Shown here: piece by piece, positions 12,201 through 25,016 of the stretch
How positions within the stretch are numbered: position 1 is the first letter of the stretch
How the letters are laid out: every line of letters starts with the position of its first letter
Translations under genes and position numbers: made by a program
Assembly (NCBI RefSeq): GCF_009834535.1
Contig: NC_045701.1
Location: 29,760,001 to 29,824,000 of the forward strand
Direction: 5' to 3'
Length of the DNA stretch: 64,000 nucleotides
From: Camelus ferus
Lineage: Eukaryota
Notes under the pieces: generated by a model
Told to the model about the DNA's origin: nothing
The model's database searches: none
What the model saw: only the letters and a program-made list of their open reading frames with translations

Positions 12201-14480
12201 AGCCTATCTCATTGCTAGATAAACATCCCTCAAAGACAGAGAAACAGACCTTGTACTTTAATGGATCTCCAGCACCCAGCAAGGGCCTTAAACAGAGTAG
12301 GTGCTCAATGAATAATTACTGAATTAAAGATTAAAATTTTAGATGTGAGGTTTAGATTTAAAAATAAAGGTGATAATTTTTGCTAAAAAATGGATATGAG
12401 GCAAAAATCCAATTCAACCTTAACTTTTTTTCATTTGTCTGACTTCAAAGCAAAAAGGAAGAGTTTATGATTTGGTTGAAAATTAACAGAATTCCAAATT
12501 AAAAATGTAGTTTTATACCTAGCCCCAACACTACATTTCTTCATAAACTTCTGCACATTACTTAACTTCAGATATTAAGTATTTGGCTTGGAGATCATTT
12601 GTGTTAAAGCATGCTGAGACCATAAAAGTCCAAGATAAATGTAAGAAACTATTAATGTCATTGCTTTCTTTGCAAGGTGGGGGCTTGTGTTTTTCTCATA
12701 GTACTCACAAACTGTCATAATCCATGATGACAGTTTCCTGAACCTTTTTCATATACTTCAGTCAATTCAAGGAGATACAGCCTATCAGCATATTGTTATT
12801 CATAGAAATCTTAAAGTATTAGGTAATCTAACTGAGATTTCCCAAATTTGCCCCTTCTTTTTAGCAATGAAAATTTGTATCCTTCAAATACAAACTACTT
12901 AAAAAGAAGATGCATTTTAGGCAGACGTCTACATGGGTGGGAAAGGAAAAGGAAATGACATTTTTAGAATCCATTCTGTCTACTTTCCATAAAATAGCCA
13001 CAACAAACAATCAATTTACTTTCATTATCTTCATATTATTGATTAAAAAGGGATAGAGAGGGTAAAGTGAATCTCCCAGGAGAGCACAACTAGACAATGA
13101 CAGATCCAGGATTCCAATGTTCTACATATGTTTAGAGCAATGATCTTTGCCCCTTACAGTGATTCAGCCTTGAACTAGGTTAATGAATTCTCTGGTTCTT
13201 CAGCTGTCAGGGAAATCGACCAGCTGATTTTCAAAGACTTTCTTGTAATAAAAAATATGCTTAACATAATCAGTAAAAACCAAATTAGGGAGAATTATGT
13301 AATATATTTCTTAAATTATCATCATCTTTTCTTCACACAGGCTACATTATAGTGTATATTCATATACTCACACTAAGACTAATAATATTTTGGGATAATT
13401 TATTTGGAAATAAAAAATTTATCATGAATTTAATAGTTAATAACTTTCCAAATATTTAGTCTTGGTATAATTAATGAAGTCAGCAAATCTATGATATTCA
13501 GCCAGGTTTTGAAAGCTAATCAGATTTGAGTAGTTTAATTTCTATGTTTTAAAGTTTACAAATTACCATTTGATTAATTATTTGCTATATCAATTATCAA
13601 GTGTGATAGTGATTAACACACTTATTAAGAACAGGGTTTTATTAAATCTCCCATCCCCTGAACAGTTCTCTTTTGTTCAAAGTTGACTCAGAACTTCAAC
13701 AACTGGACCCACTGAACCAATATTGTTCAACAACATTCAAAAGAATCTCTTCACAATCTCAATTTTCCATGAAGATATTCCAGTGCTATGAAAACACCTG
13801 TTATGCCCAATGCTCTTAATTTGAGTTCTACAAGTGGACACTAAGTGGACACAAAATGTCCTTGAAATGAATTGAGTCTCTAAGATCTCCATGTGAAACA
13901 AATAAACAAAGGGTTATCTGTAATGTAATTTGTACCTGTTTTTTAATGAGTGAATTTGTACTAAAATTTTTTTCCATTTATAAATACATAAAAAGGGAAC
14001 CAAAAGTTTTTTTGTCCTTTCCTTCACTAGTTTTCTTTAAAAGATAACAATAAGAGATATTGATTTACTTAAAAAAAGTACTATCAGAGTACCACAAGGC
14101 TGTGCAGCTGAGCTAGAATGTTCTGGGTTAGAAGATGAAAGAACAATGTTTTATTTCAGGCTTCTCTGAGTAGTTTTAATCAGATGTATGTTTATAGAAT
14201 TCAAGAGTCTATGAAGCCCTGAATTTATGTTCCCAATTTTGATGATATGTGAACTTTCCATAAAAATAACCTATAAATTTCAACAGATTTTCAAATGGAT
14301 CCGTAATTGCAAAAGGCTTGCAAACCCTGTGCTTTTAGACTAGATACTTATATCTCTCAACCTCAGCTTCTTATTTTCATGAATTTAGACTAAATGACTT
14401 GAAAGACAGATTCTAACTTTAATTTTCTATTGTTCTAAGAATAAAACTGATGATATTAATCTCAGACAGGAGATCTCTGC

Positions 14481-15440
14481 TCATTGCATTGGATATATTG
14501 GAATAGTTTTCCCAAGATTTAAATATTGGTTACTTAGTTTCTTTTTCACTGCTGTCTTCACTTCCTGGTTTCTCAGCGTATAGATAAGTGGATTCAGAAA
14601 GGGGGTGAAGATGGTATAGAAAACAGAGAGAACTTTGTCCACCAGGAAGTTTGTGCAAGGCCACACATAGATAAAGATGCAGGGCCAAAAGAACATTAAC
14701 ACAACTATGAAATGTGCAGTGCAGGTAGAAAAAGCCTTAGATGATCCTATGGAGGAGTGGTCCTTGATAGTGACGAGAACAGTGATGTAGGAGGTGAGCA
14801 AAAGCAGAAAGCTTACAAGAGCAATCACACCACTGGTTGAAATCATGAAGATACCAAGAAAATATATATCTATGCACGCTAGCTGGATGACCAAAGGAAG
14901 GTCACAGAAGAAACTGTCTACAACATTGGGACCACAGAAGGGTAAATAAAGAGTAAAAGCTAACTGGCTCATGGTATGCAAGAAGCCCACTGTCCAAGAA
15001 GTTACCACAAGCCCGACACACAATCTGTGGCTCATAATTGATGAATAATGGAGAGGTTTACATATGGCAATGTACCTGTCAAAAGACATGGAGATGAGCA
15101 GCACAATCTCAGTCCCAGTGAAGAGGTGCAAAAAGAAGATCTGAGAAATGCAGCCCTCAAAGGAGATGGTCTTGTGCTGAACAAAGAAGTCCATGATCAT
15201 CTTTGGAGTGGCAAAGGAGGACAGGCACATGTCAATGAGAGACAGGTTGCTGAGCAGGAAGTACATGGGGGAGTGAAGGTGTGAGGTGGACAGGACTGTG
15301 AGCAAAATCAAGCAGTTGCCCAACATGGTCATTAAATAAAAAATGGAGAACATCACAAAAAAGAAAATCTGGAGCTCAGGAGAATCAGTAAGTCCGAGTA
15401 ACACAAATTCAGACACCCTGGAATGGTTGAACGTCTCCAT
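14481..15440 (-). CDS. Olfactory receptor, family 4 subfamily K (319 aa, METFNHS...); positional candidate ortholog of human OR4K6P
   Basis: Open frame with N5 sequon, [36 protein letters not shown] and PFLNPLIYTLRN. The true start is the ATG at 15440; the ORF-track extension from 15620 starts at GTG and spans a polypyrimidine/AG acceptor. Confidence 0.9.
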   Translation of the reverse strand: METFNHSRVSEFVLLGLTDSPELQIFFFVMFSIFYLMTMLGNCLILLTVLSTSHLHSPMYFLLSNLSLIDMCLSSFATPKMIMDFFVQHKTISFEGCISQIFFLHLFTGTEIVLLISMSFDRYIAICKPLHYSSIMSHRLCVGLVVTSWTVGFLHTMSQLAFTLYLPFCGPNVVDSFFCDLPLVIQLACIDIYFLGIFMISTSGVIALVSFLLLLTSYITVLVTIKDHSSIGSSKAFSTCTAHFIVVLMFFWPCIFIYVWPCTNFLVDKVLSVFYTIFTPFLNPLIYTLRNQEVKTAVKKKLSNQYLNLGKTIPIYPMQ

Positions 15441-17316
15441 TGATCTGCAGGCTCTGCTGTATAATGACAAAATCAAACCAAATGACAGAGCTGGAAAGTA
15501 CGATACTTCTACAATTACGTATGGAGGAGTTATGGTATCAGTTAATAATTCACTAGAATGTTGATTACCTAAAATCCATCTAATAACTATCTCAGTAAAG
15601 GTTTTTATTTTTGGAACCACTTAACAATTGCTATCAGGTATCACCACAAATGGACAACTTGATTTTGATCAGCATGAAGTACATGCTGGGTTATAATCTG
15701 CACATTCCTTTCTGCATGCTGACTTAGGAGTTACATAATCCACAGTTACAGAGGAAGATTACACTGAGTGAGCGTGCTCTACTTAACAAGTCAGATACTT
15801 TAAAATTTAAATGGGGGTTAAACTCTCAGAATTTTCTATTAAACCCCTCCAAAAAAAGCAATTATATTGAGTCTACTATTGTTGAATGCTGGATTTAAAT
15901 AACAGTTTAACATAATGATTTCAGAAGACCCATTTAGTATCCTTTGAGGGTGATAAATGATTTCTTCTTTAAATAACCTCCTGTTTTCTTAACTACAGAA
16001 AAATCCATTCCACTGTCATTTCATTTGCACCTTTTCAAATTGTTTTGTCAATATTGATATGTACTATTATAACTATGAATATGTAAATGATAAATTAATT
16101 TCTTAATTCCATAAAATTACTGATGACCAAAAGGTTTACCTGTAACAGATTAGTTATTCTCAACTTTGTTATTTTATGATCTCATAGAAACATTTTTTAA
16201 AAAGAGGGAGAAATATCCTTCCTTTGTTTCTCCTCATGTTACTAAAAGAAGGCTATTTTTTTAGACTAGAAAAAAGAGAAAAAGAGTCTAGGACAAGGCC
16301 AGGAAATATACAAGATGAAAGTTGGGCCTCTTGTAGTACCAGCATATATGATGCTCAAAGCAAAACAAAGCAAACAAAAAAGAACCCACATTAATTATGG
16401 TAAGTCAAAGTAGTACCAGAGGCAACTGAAAGAAAATAAAGAAAGATACATTAAGGACTCAGCCTCATTTTTCAAAATTGAGTTTTTGATTTACAGTGAA
16501 TTGTAAATTCTGCAAATATCTCCTGTGACATTTTTCATTTAAGTGACCTCCTGTTTTCCCATGTGGAGAAAAATCTGGCTTTATCCTTACTTACTTGCAA
16601 ATATTCAAATTGTTCTGTCAATATTGATAAATATTTTTAAGATTGTCAGAGAACAATATTCCTGAGATTCTAAAACTGAACTGTGGCAAAGTAGTTATGA
16701 AAGTTAAGGTATCCTTGACCTGCTGTGTGACCTTGATGTTACCTTAGTAGCCTCTCTAAGATATGGCCTCTTCACCATGAGAATTAAACTAGATGGTCTG
16801 TCTAAAGCACTAAGCATATTTCCTGGGCAACATTCAAGAATTCTCTAGGTTTTGAAATTCAAATTTAAGAATACTGTTCAGAAATAATCAGCTTATTTCA
16901 TTAATAGTAACAATAATTTCAGTAAAAATATTCTAACCTAGTTTCAATTTAGTGATTTAGAAAAAGATGTGGACTTCCAAAATCATTTCATCTTCTTAAA
17001 GTTAAATTACTTCTTTTCTTATAAAAATGATATGAGTATCTTGATATATTAAAGGCATTAAAAATTCTCATCCTCAGATCTTTCCATATCTCTTCTATTT
17101 TCCTGAATTAATTTATGAGGACACAAAAACTATAATTATACCTAATTTACATTATATAAATATATAATGAATGTATTATGTATTCATTATAAATGAATGA
17201 ACAGTTACCAGGTTTTTTCTTCTTTCATCTTCAGCAAAGCATCTCTGTTACCTATTTAATCAAATCATCTGTCTATGTCTTCAAATTATATACATTTTTT
17301 CTTTGCTGATCCTCTG

Positions 17317-17446
17317 TTTTTTTTTAATTTATATTTTTGGGAGGGAGGTAATTAGGCTTATTTGTTTATTTATTTTAGTGGAGGTACTGGGGATTGAACC
17401 CAGAACCTCGTGCATGCACTCTACCATTGAACTATTCCCTCCCCCC
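17317..17446 (-). mobile_element. tRNA-Ala-derived SINE (vic-1-like) with internal deletion
   Basis: Minus strand GGGGGGAGGGAATAGTTCAATGGTAGAGTGCATGCACGAGGTTCTGGGTTCAATCCCCAGTACCTCC plus A-rich tail; flanks tcctctgtt and tcctctatt look like a TSD. Confidence 0.85.
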
Positions 17447-18189
17447 AGTCCTCTATTATTTTTGATTTATACAAATTAAATGAAAATCTTTTTCTACCTG
17501 AAGAACATGAACTATAATTGCTTCTCAAGATCCTTAATATTATTTCTAGCTTTTCACCTACCGGCTACGCATCAGGAATCAAAAACACCATATCCTTCAA
17601 GATTCACACCTCCTGAAAACAGCATTACCATAGTCCTTACTATATACATCAGAAGCCTGGAGTATGGATGTATATTTCTCTGATCTTGGTATAAAAGCCA
17701 CTAGGAAGCAGGGACATTTAGGAGATCAGGGATTAGGTACTACGATCTGTTCGCAGTGGGAGTTATTAAAATGTTGAGCTGACTTTTCCCTAAGTTGCAA
17801 CAAGAGCTGTGGAGTGCGTCTTTGCTATTTAAAGTGAGGATGCACATTCATGATGAAGTAGTATTCATGAGAGAAAAAGCACACCTGGGACTGGCCTTGA
17901 GAAGACCTTGGAGCAGTTGTTTAAGGAACATTTACGGAGCGAAATGTTGCTCCTTTGATTATGGGAATATTCCCACATTTATGCCCCAGGTTCCATGTCC
18001 CAAAGTTGGAAAATTACTCTTTTAGGCTAAGGCATTTCATCACCTGCAAACTCTTGCTTTATTCAAAGAATCATGTAAAGAAGGAATCCTGCGTTAACGT
18101 TTTTGAGAGGATACCAAAAATTAGTATAGGTGAATAGGTATAATGACAGCTACTGCCACAGGTAGATGAAATCTGGGGAAAGAGAAGTT

Positions 18190-18340
18190 GGAAAGCTCAG
18201 AGTAGCTGAGAAAAGTGAAGATGGGTACCATACAAGTAGCCTAGAGGAATGGTATAAGAATTAAATCCCACAAATAAATGCAAAGCATTTAGCATAATGC
18301 CTGGCACAGAGAAATTGCTGAATAAAATATAATAGAAGGA
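18190..18340 (+). mobile_element. MIR 3' fragment
   Basis: aatgcaaagcatttagcataatgcctggcacagagaaattgctgaataaaat matches a MIR-type tail. Confidence 0.5.
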
Positions 18341-18889
18341 ACAACAGAGGTGATTATAGTTACTAACATTATTTTTAAAATATCCATGACACATAATTCA
18401 GGAGGATACTAGATGTGGAATCTCAACCTGAAACTGTAACTGAGGGTCTTGCCATATTTACTTGAAGGTCAAGGTCGATCATTCATTCATGGCGTGTTCT
18501 CCAAACACAACTTTCTTCCCAAACACCTCAGTGATTTGAACTCCACAACTTCTGTACCTATGCTATATTCCTCACGAGACTAGCAATGCAGACCAAGAAA
18601 ATCTTTCCTAGCTGACCATATTCCGTGCAGGCTTTGAAATTAAAAAAAAAAAAAAAAGTGACTTTGTTTAAAAGATGTTTTTGTTTTATTTCTCTTCTGG
18701 AAAGAGAAAAAAAGGAAATGACTTTTTTAAAAAGCCCACCAACACAAAAACAGTTGCAAAGATTTGGTAAATCTAAAATATTTGTACTGGCTTAAAATGA
18801 AAGATAAGTGTATGCAATTAATTATTACCATAGTTATCCTGAAAAAGGCAAAAAGAGTAACAGAAAAATAATAGAAGTAAAAGATAATT

Positions 18890-19035
18890 CAGAAGAGCAT
18901 GAAGGAGTTTGAGGGCATAACAAAACTGTTCTTTATCTCTGTGGTGATCGTGGTTACATGAATCTGTACATGTGTTAAAATTCATAGAACTGTACACCAA
19001 AAGAAACCAAAACTGATTTTACTTTAAAATAATTT
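18890..19035 (+). mobile_element. L1M 3' end fragment
   Basis: aaaactgttctttatctctgtggtgatcgtggttacatgaatctgtacatgtgttaaaattcatagaactgtacacc is an old L1 3'UTR motif. Confidence 0.65.
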
Positions 19036-20459
19036 ATAAAGTAGAATTTTAAAAAGCAAAACCAAGTAATTCAGTACAATGGCAAGTTACAAAATAAGCA
19101 AACGAAACCAGTATCTTTCTGATGAATGAACAATTACTTGTTAAAGTACATGGATGAGCAATAGAATATATAAAGTAAATAGGAATAATATTAATCAGAA
19201 ATGTATCTTGGGGACAAAAGCTGTACTACTCTACAGAAGGGAAAAAAGTTGAATAAATTGAAGTTCATACTGTATTACTGGAAGGAGAAATTCAGTTGTT
19301 CAATATATAAATTCCACTAAAGACTTAAAATAATTTTCAGAATTTTTCTAGAGGTAAATCAGGAAAGTGGTTAGGAATTAGAAATAACATTTATTATATG
19401 CAAAATTATTATAAAATGAAATAGTAAAATAATTAACAAAAAACATGGGATGTGTGTGACTAAAAATTAATGTAATGGAACTGGGAGGACACCAAGTAGA
19501 GATAGACCAAAGAATATATTAGAATTTACAATATTATAATGTTTACAGGATTATAACAATTGGCAAACGGGACTTTTCAGATGGAGTTAAGTTTGCTAAT
19601 CAACTTTAGAATAAGACCAGCTCAGTGTAATCACAAGTGATAGAGGGATTTTGCAGATACCAACAAACTATTCTAGAGTTTGTGTCAGTATTTATCAATA
19701 GGTGATACAAATCAAATGGATAAAATGAACATGCTTATTTTTTAAAGAAATTAAAATGAAAATTGAACACATGAAAAAATACATGTAATTTATCTGTACC
19801 AATATTGAATCACTATGTTGTACATCTGCAACTAATAAAATCTCATCTACCAATTTTATCACAATTAAAAAAAGTTAGGAAAAAATGCACTTAATCAATA
19901 GACATTGTTTGCAATAGTCAAAACTGAAAGCTATAATAAATATAATACTCCTGTCTTTTCCAAATCATAAATCTTTAAAACAAAGCAAATACTACTCTTA
20001 GAAATAGCAAGGACAGATAATTCCATATATTGTTGGTGGAAGATTAAATTGACAGAATTTCACTATATATCAAAGTTTATTCCTTGTGACCTAGTAATTG
20101 TTCTTCTAAAAATTTATTCCCAGAAAATACTCAAATAAGAGTAAAAAGTTGTATTTAAAACATTTTTATATAAACTTAGCTTATAACAGCAAAATTCTAA
20201 ATATACAAAAGCAGGGGATTATTTAATAAATAATAATAAATGGTAATTGAATAATTCATAGTCATTTGAGTATTATGATCTATATTTATTTAAAACATGC
20301 CTATAGTATTAAAATTATAAACTACATGTATGATATGATCCAATTTTTATAAAAATAATTATGTGTTTATAGAAGTAAAACTGACAAAATTTTAATATTA
20401 AATATTTCTAAATGATAGCATTGGATGTAATTTTCATATTGTTCTTTATTTATTTAATA

Positions 20460-22620
20460 TTTACAAGCACCTTTTTTTGTGCCGGGAGTATTCAAAGCAA
20501 ATGAATTTCTGCTTTCATGGATGTTATATACCAGAGGAGAAAAAGACAGCCAAAAAATAAGCATGTGCAACATGTGCCCTGTTCAAAGTTGATGAGTGCT
20601 ATGGGGAAAAGTAATGAAGTGATGCAGGGAAGTGCAGTAGGCAGTGCTGGGGGAGTGGGTTGCAGTTTTCTGTAGGGTAGTCAGGGGAGATCTCACATGA
20701 AAGGTGACACTTGAGGATGGGTCAAATTTGAGGAAATTATAAAGTTGCCAATATCTTGGAAAAGCACATTTCAGACAGCAAGTCAAAGGACCTGGGTTAG
20801 GGAGTGAGGAGATCAGGAAGCCAACAGGTCTGAACAGAATGATCAGGATAAGACGTAGTAGGATAAGAGGTCAGAGAGCAGAAGGGTTAGGAGTTGGAAC
20901 AGATAGAAGGGGTCGTATGGACTTTAGAGATAACAAGAGAAAACTTCAGCTCTTTATGGTTGGGAGTCATTGAGGGTTTTGAGAAGACAGATGGTATGAC
21001 TATTTTAACCAGATCATTCTGGATGCTCAGCTGAGAAAAAACTAAAATGAGACAAGAACAGAAGTAAGACCAGTAAAGAGGCTACAGCCATAAAAGAGGC
21101 AAGAGATGTTGGTGGTTTGGGCCTCGGTGGTAGAATTTCAGGGATGGATGACCTAAGCTGGCAATTTTATGATGGCAGAACTAACCCAGACTTGTTAACA
21201 GATTGCATGTGGAATATGAAAGAAGATATTTCTAAAATATAATAAATCCAAGATTTTAGACCAGAGACTGGAAAAATGAAGTTACAACTAAGTAAGAATT
21301 GAATCGTAGGGTGGGGAGAGGGGTGTGGTGACAATCAGGAGTCAGTCTGGGATGTGATGCGTGAGGCAAGGTTAGGACACCGAAGGTAGAGCTGTGACAG
21401 TGGCACCGGACGCTGGGTAGGGGAGCCTAGGGTCCATGAGGAAGATGTGTATAGAAGCAAGCAATATATAGATGGGATTAAAGCCAAGAAAGCTGGGTAG
21501 CTAACGACAAACTCTCAAGAAGAATGAGGGCACAGCTGCTTAGGTGGAGGGGAGACCGTGCAAGTGGAGACTCCTGGAAGGCAGTGATCCACTGCGTCAA
21601 GTGCTATTCAGAGGTGAAATACCAAGAGACCTGAACAAGGATCTTTGATATCATTGGTGAGCACAACAGGAGCTGTTTTATCAGCATGATTGGGTGAGGT
21701 GAAAAGGAAAGACATTGGAAGCAGAGAGTAAAAACATGCCAGCCTGAAAAGATTAAGACTACAGACTATCGGATTCCCACTCTGTAACATTCTGTAAAAG
21801 GTAAAATCATAGCAATAGTAAAAAGGTCAGTGGTTGTCAGGGGCTTGAGGGGAGAGGAGAGGGTGGGAGGGATGACTGGGTGGATCATAGGGGATTTTTA
21901 GAGCAGCAAAACTATTCTGCGTGATACTGTAATGGTGGATATATGACACACATTTGTCAAAATCCATGAAACTGTACACAAAAGGTGAACCCTAGTGTGA
22001 ACTATGGACTTCATTTTTAAATAATGTATTAATATTGATTCGTCAGTTATAACAAACACACCACACTAATGCAGGATATTAATGGAGGAAAGTATGTGTG
22101 TGTAGTGAGGTGGGGAGGGGTATAGGAACTCTGTATTTTCTGCTCAACTTTTCTATGAACCTAAAACTGCTCTTAAAAAGTCTATTAGTATTGTTAAAGT
22201 ATAAGTTACCTTGGAGCTTTGCTGTAAAGGGAAGGAGAGAACTGAGGTAAGATATGGAAGGAGAAAGTTGACAAAAAGGTTTTATTTAAGATGAAAGAAA
22301 TGTGGTTATATGCTAAGGGGAAAATCCAGTAGGGAGGGGAAAGTTAATGGTGCAGAAGACAGAAAGGAGAATTACCAGAATGATGGCCTTTAGTGGGAAA
22401 GAAGGGATGGACTCTGCGGCACAGATGGGGGAGTCAGTTTTTGTGGGAGCACCATCAGGTCACCCAGTCACAGGAGGGATGCAGGCACACGGGCAGATGC
22501 AGGAGTAGAAGCTTGAGGAATTCTCTTCTGCTCCTTCTCTCAGTGAAATAGGAAGCTCCATGATAAGCTGAGAATGAGGATGGGGAGGGAGCTTTTTGAG
22601 AAAATACTCATGAGGGAGAT
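20460..22620 (-). mobile_element. Long L2 fragment interrupted by an L1 3' end at about 21745-22197
   Basis: Purine-rich antisense L2 sequence (aaggtgacacttgag; gagtcattgagggttttgag; tagccattttatg-like; tgcgtcaagtgct) resumes after the L1 with ttggagctttgctgtaaagggaagg. Confidence 0.7.
21745..22197 (+). mobile_element. L1MB/L1MC-type 3' end nested in L2
   Basis: aaggtcagtggttgtcagggg...atccatgaaactgtacacaaaaggtgaaccctagtgtgaactatggac...cttttctatgaacctaaaactgctcttaaaaa. Confidence 0.75.
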
Positions 22621-23549
22621 ATTTGAGAATACCTGAATATTTTTTCATAATTTGAATATTTTATATTATACATGGTTTATATTCATAAACATTTTAATTC
22701 TGATTATTTTTCAAATAAAATATAAAAATTAATCCCTTGTATTTTTGGTTACACTGTTGTTTTAGATGCTTCCCATTCATTCAGTGTATTCAGAAGACAC
22801 TTGAATTTTGTTAAGTCAATTAGGCAAAGAGGCAGTAACAGGAGAGGCTTCTGTTTTTCTCGGGGAGATCTAATTGGTGCAGAGTGGCAGATCATCATCT
22901 TGATCCTAACAGGGTGGTGGTTTTCACACAACAGATGGCAAAGGTTGTAGCAAAAACAGCTCTCTTTTGACAGTCTGTGTTGTTTTAGGTGTCATATCTG
23001 CATACCCAGCCTATAGTCTGTTCTTCCAGACTTTGCAAATTTTCATAAGCACATAATTCTCTATATTAAATCATCCTTTAAATAGCTAGAATGCAACACA
23101 TTCCTGACTGGTCCTCCAAAGAACCATGATCACTACACTCAGTGTGAAATCAGTCAGTGATGAGATCAACAGACAGCTAGGAGTCATAAAAATCTGCTAG
23201 GGCTGCTCATGAAGTTTTGGAGAAAAGAAAGTGAAACGTACCCATGAAACATGAAACACATCCTTTTCCCCTGAAAACTACCAACTTTCTTTTGCTTTCC
23301 TTTATGTAATTATGGGAGAAAAATTTACAGCTTAATTTCTTTCAAAATATAGGCATGGTATTTCCCTTTTAGTTATATTTTTCAACTCTGATATCTTCAC
23401 AAAATCTTATGTTCACAGCCCTAAGTCATTTATGATACCATAGTAGAGTAATTACTCTGTTGCTTAAAATCTTACAATGATTTCTTACAGTAATTATTTT
23501 AAAAATAAACTCTTAATATCCACTTTATAGACCTATACATGTGTTGGAC

Positions 23550-24025
23550 ACTATTGGTATCTCCAATGAGTTCTAATCATTTTTACATTCATCTGTTATA
23601 TCCTGGTCAATCTGACTTTGCTGTGTTTGTCAAATATACCAAATTCATTACCATCCTCAGAATTTTTGCACTGTATATTCCCTCTGCCTGGAGTGCTCTG
23701 CCTGCTGCTGTCTGCACAGTGGCATCTTCGGTTTATCTAAATATCAGCCAAAATGACATCTGCTCATAGTCGTCTCCCTGCGACGACTAAAAGTAAGGTC
23801 ATTACCCCGGTCTCACAGTTACAATCTAATATTTTGCTTTTCGTTTTAGTTCTTGAAACCCTCCTGTTTATTTTCTATGTTATTGGCTGTTTATTCCTAC
23901 TAAATTGTAACTTCAGGAGGGCAGTGACATTACCTGTCTCCTTGATAGCTATTTCTCCTGGTGCCGAGAACAGTCCTGACAGACAGCGGATGATCAATAA
24001 ATGTAGTGTTGGGAAAATGAATACA
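23550..24025 (+). mobile_element. L2 3' end immediately downstream of the OR4N2-like stop codon
   Basis: tttgcactgtatattccctctgcctggagtgctct...gggcagtgac...cctgacagacagcggatgatcaataaatgt is a canonical L2 tail. Confidence 0.7.
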
Positions 24026-24083
24026 TTAATGTCACATGAAATTCTCCAGTTTCAATTTTCTTATTCATTTTTCCCACGTTTTA

Positions 24084-25007
24084 TCAGGCTAAGTGCTGAT
24101 AAAATAACTTTCTCACTGAAGCTTTTATTTCTTGGTTGCGTAGGGTATAAATCACAGGGTTCAATAAAGGAAAGATCACTGTATGGCAAAAAGAAACCAC
24201 CTTGTCTGCTGGTAAGGCTCTGAAGGGGCGGCTATAGATAAAGATGCCAGGCCCAAACATGAGAAATATAACGATGATATGGGTGGTGCATGTGGACATG
24301 GCCTTGCTCTTCCCCTCAGAGGAGGAACCACGTACACGGCAGAGAATGACTGCATATGAGACCAGAAGCCCCAATAAACACAGGAGAGTGAGCAGGCCAC
24401 TGTTGAAGACCATCAGGAGCTCCACCACAAAGGTGTCAGTGCAGGCCAGCTTGATGACCTGCGGCACATCACACAAGAAGTTGTCCAATAGGTTTGGACC
24501 ACAGAAGGGCAAGCGGAGGATGAGGGCCACCTGGATAATGGAGTGCACAAATCCCCCAATCCAAGGAGCCAACAGCAAGACATGGCAAGCTCTTGGGTTC
24601 ATGACGGTAGAGTAGTATAAAGGACGACAGATGGCAATGTAGCGGTCAAAGGCCATCACAACTAGGAGAAACCCTTCGCCTGCTCCAAGGAAGTGCAAGA
24701 AAAAGAGCTGAGTGATGCAACTGTTATAAGATATCACCTTCTTCTCAGAGAAGAAGTCCGCCAGCATCCTGGGAGCCACAATGAAGGAGTAGGATGCATC
24801 CAGGAAGGCCAAGTTGCCCAGAAAGAAGTAGAGAGGGGCCGTGAGGCCAGGGTCTGACCTGATGGTGAGGATGATGAAGAAATTTCCAGGGAGGATGATG
24901 AGGTAGAAAATTAGAACTAGCACAAAGACCAGGAGCTGAATACTTTGAGACTGGGTCAAACCAACAAGGATAAATTCGGTCACCACTGTATTGTTCTCAG
25001 TCTCCAT
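24084..25007 (-). CDS. OR4N2: Olfactory receptor OR4N2-like (copy 1, 307 aa)
   Basis: Intact OR frame with [19 protein letters not shown] and [12 protein letters not shown]; short C-terminus RKLFYQHLA of the OR4N2 type (human recalled as KKVFNKHIA). Confidence 0.9.
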   Translation of the reverse strand: METENNTVVTEFILVGLTQSQSIQLLVFVLVLIFYLIILPGNFFIILTIRSDPGLTAPLYFFLGNLAFLDASYSFIVAPRMLADFFSEKKVISYNSCITQLFFLHFLGAGEGFLLVVMAFDRYIAICRPLYYSTVMNPRACHVLLLAPWIGGFVHSIIQVALILRLPFCGPNLLDNFLCDVPQVIKLACTDTFVVELLMVFNSGLLTLLCLLGLLVSYAVILCRVRGSSSEGKSKAMSTCTTHIIVIFLMFGPGIFIYSRPFRALPADKVVSFCHTVIFPLLNPVIYTLRNQEIKASVRKLFYQHLA

Positions 25008-25016
25008 CTCCTCTGC

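Noticed and set aside
13074-13083. O/E-like TCCCAGGAGA
   Set aside because: Lies in a MIR-like fragment downstream of both flanking genes.
15441-15620. 60-aa N-terminal extension of the OR4K ORF
   Set aside because: Starts at GTG and runs through a polypyrimidine tract and AG acceptor; METFNHS is a canonical OR start with the N5 sequon.
17962-17975. 14-bp palindrome TGGGAATATTCCCA (RBPJ/Ikaros/NF-kB-like)
   Set aside because: A few palindromes of this length are expected by chance in 64 kb.
23753-24223. 156-aa plus-strand ORF
   Set aside because: Composed of L2 sequence plus the antisense end of OR4N2; hydrophobic by base composition only.
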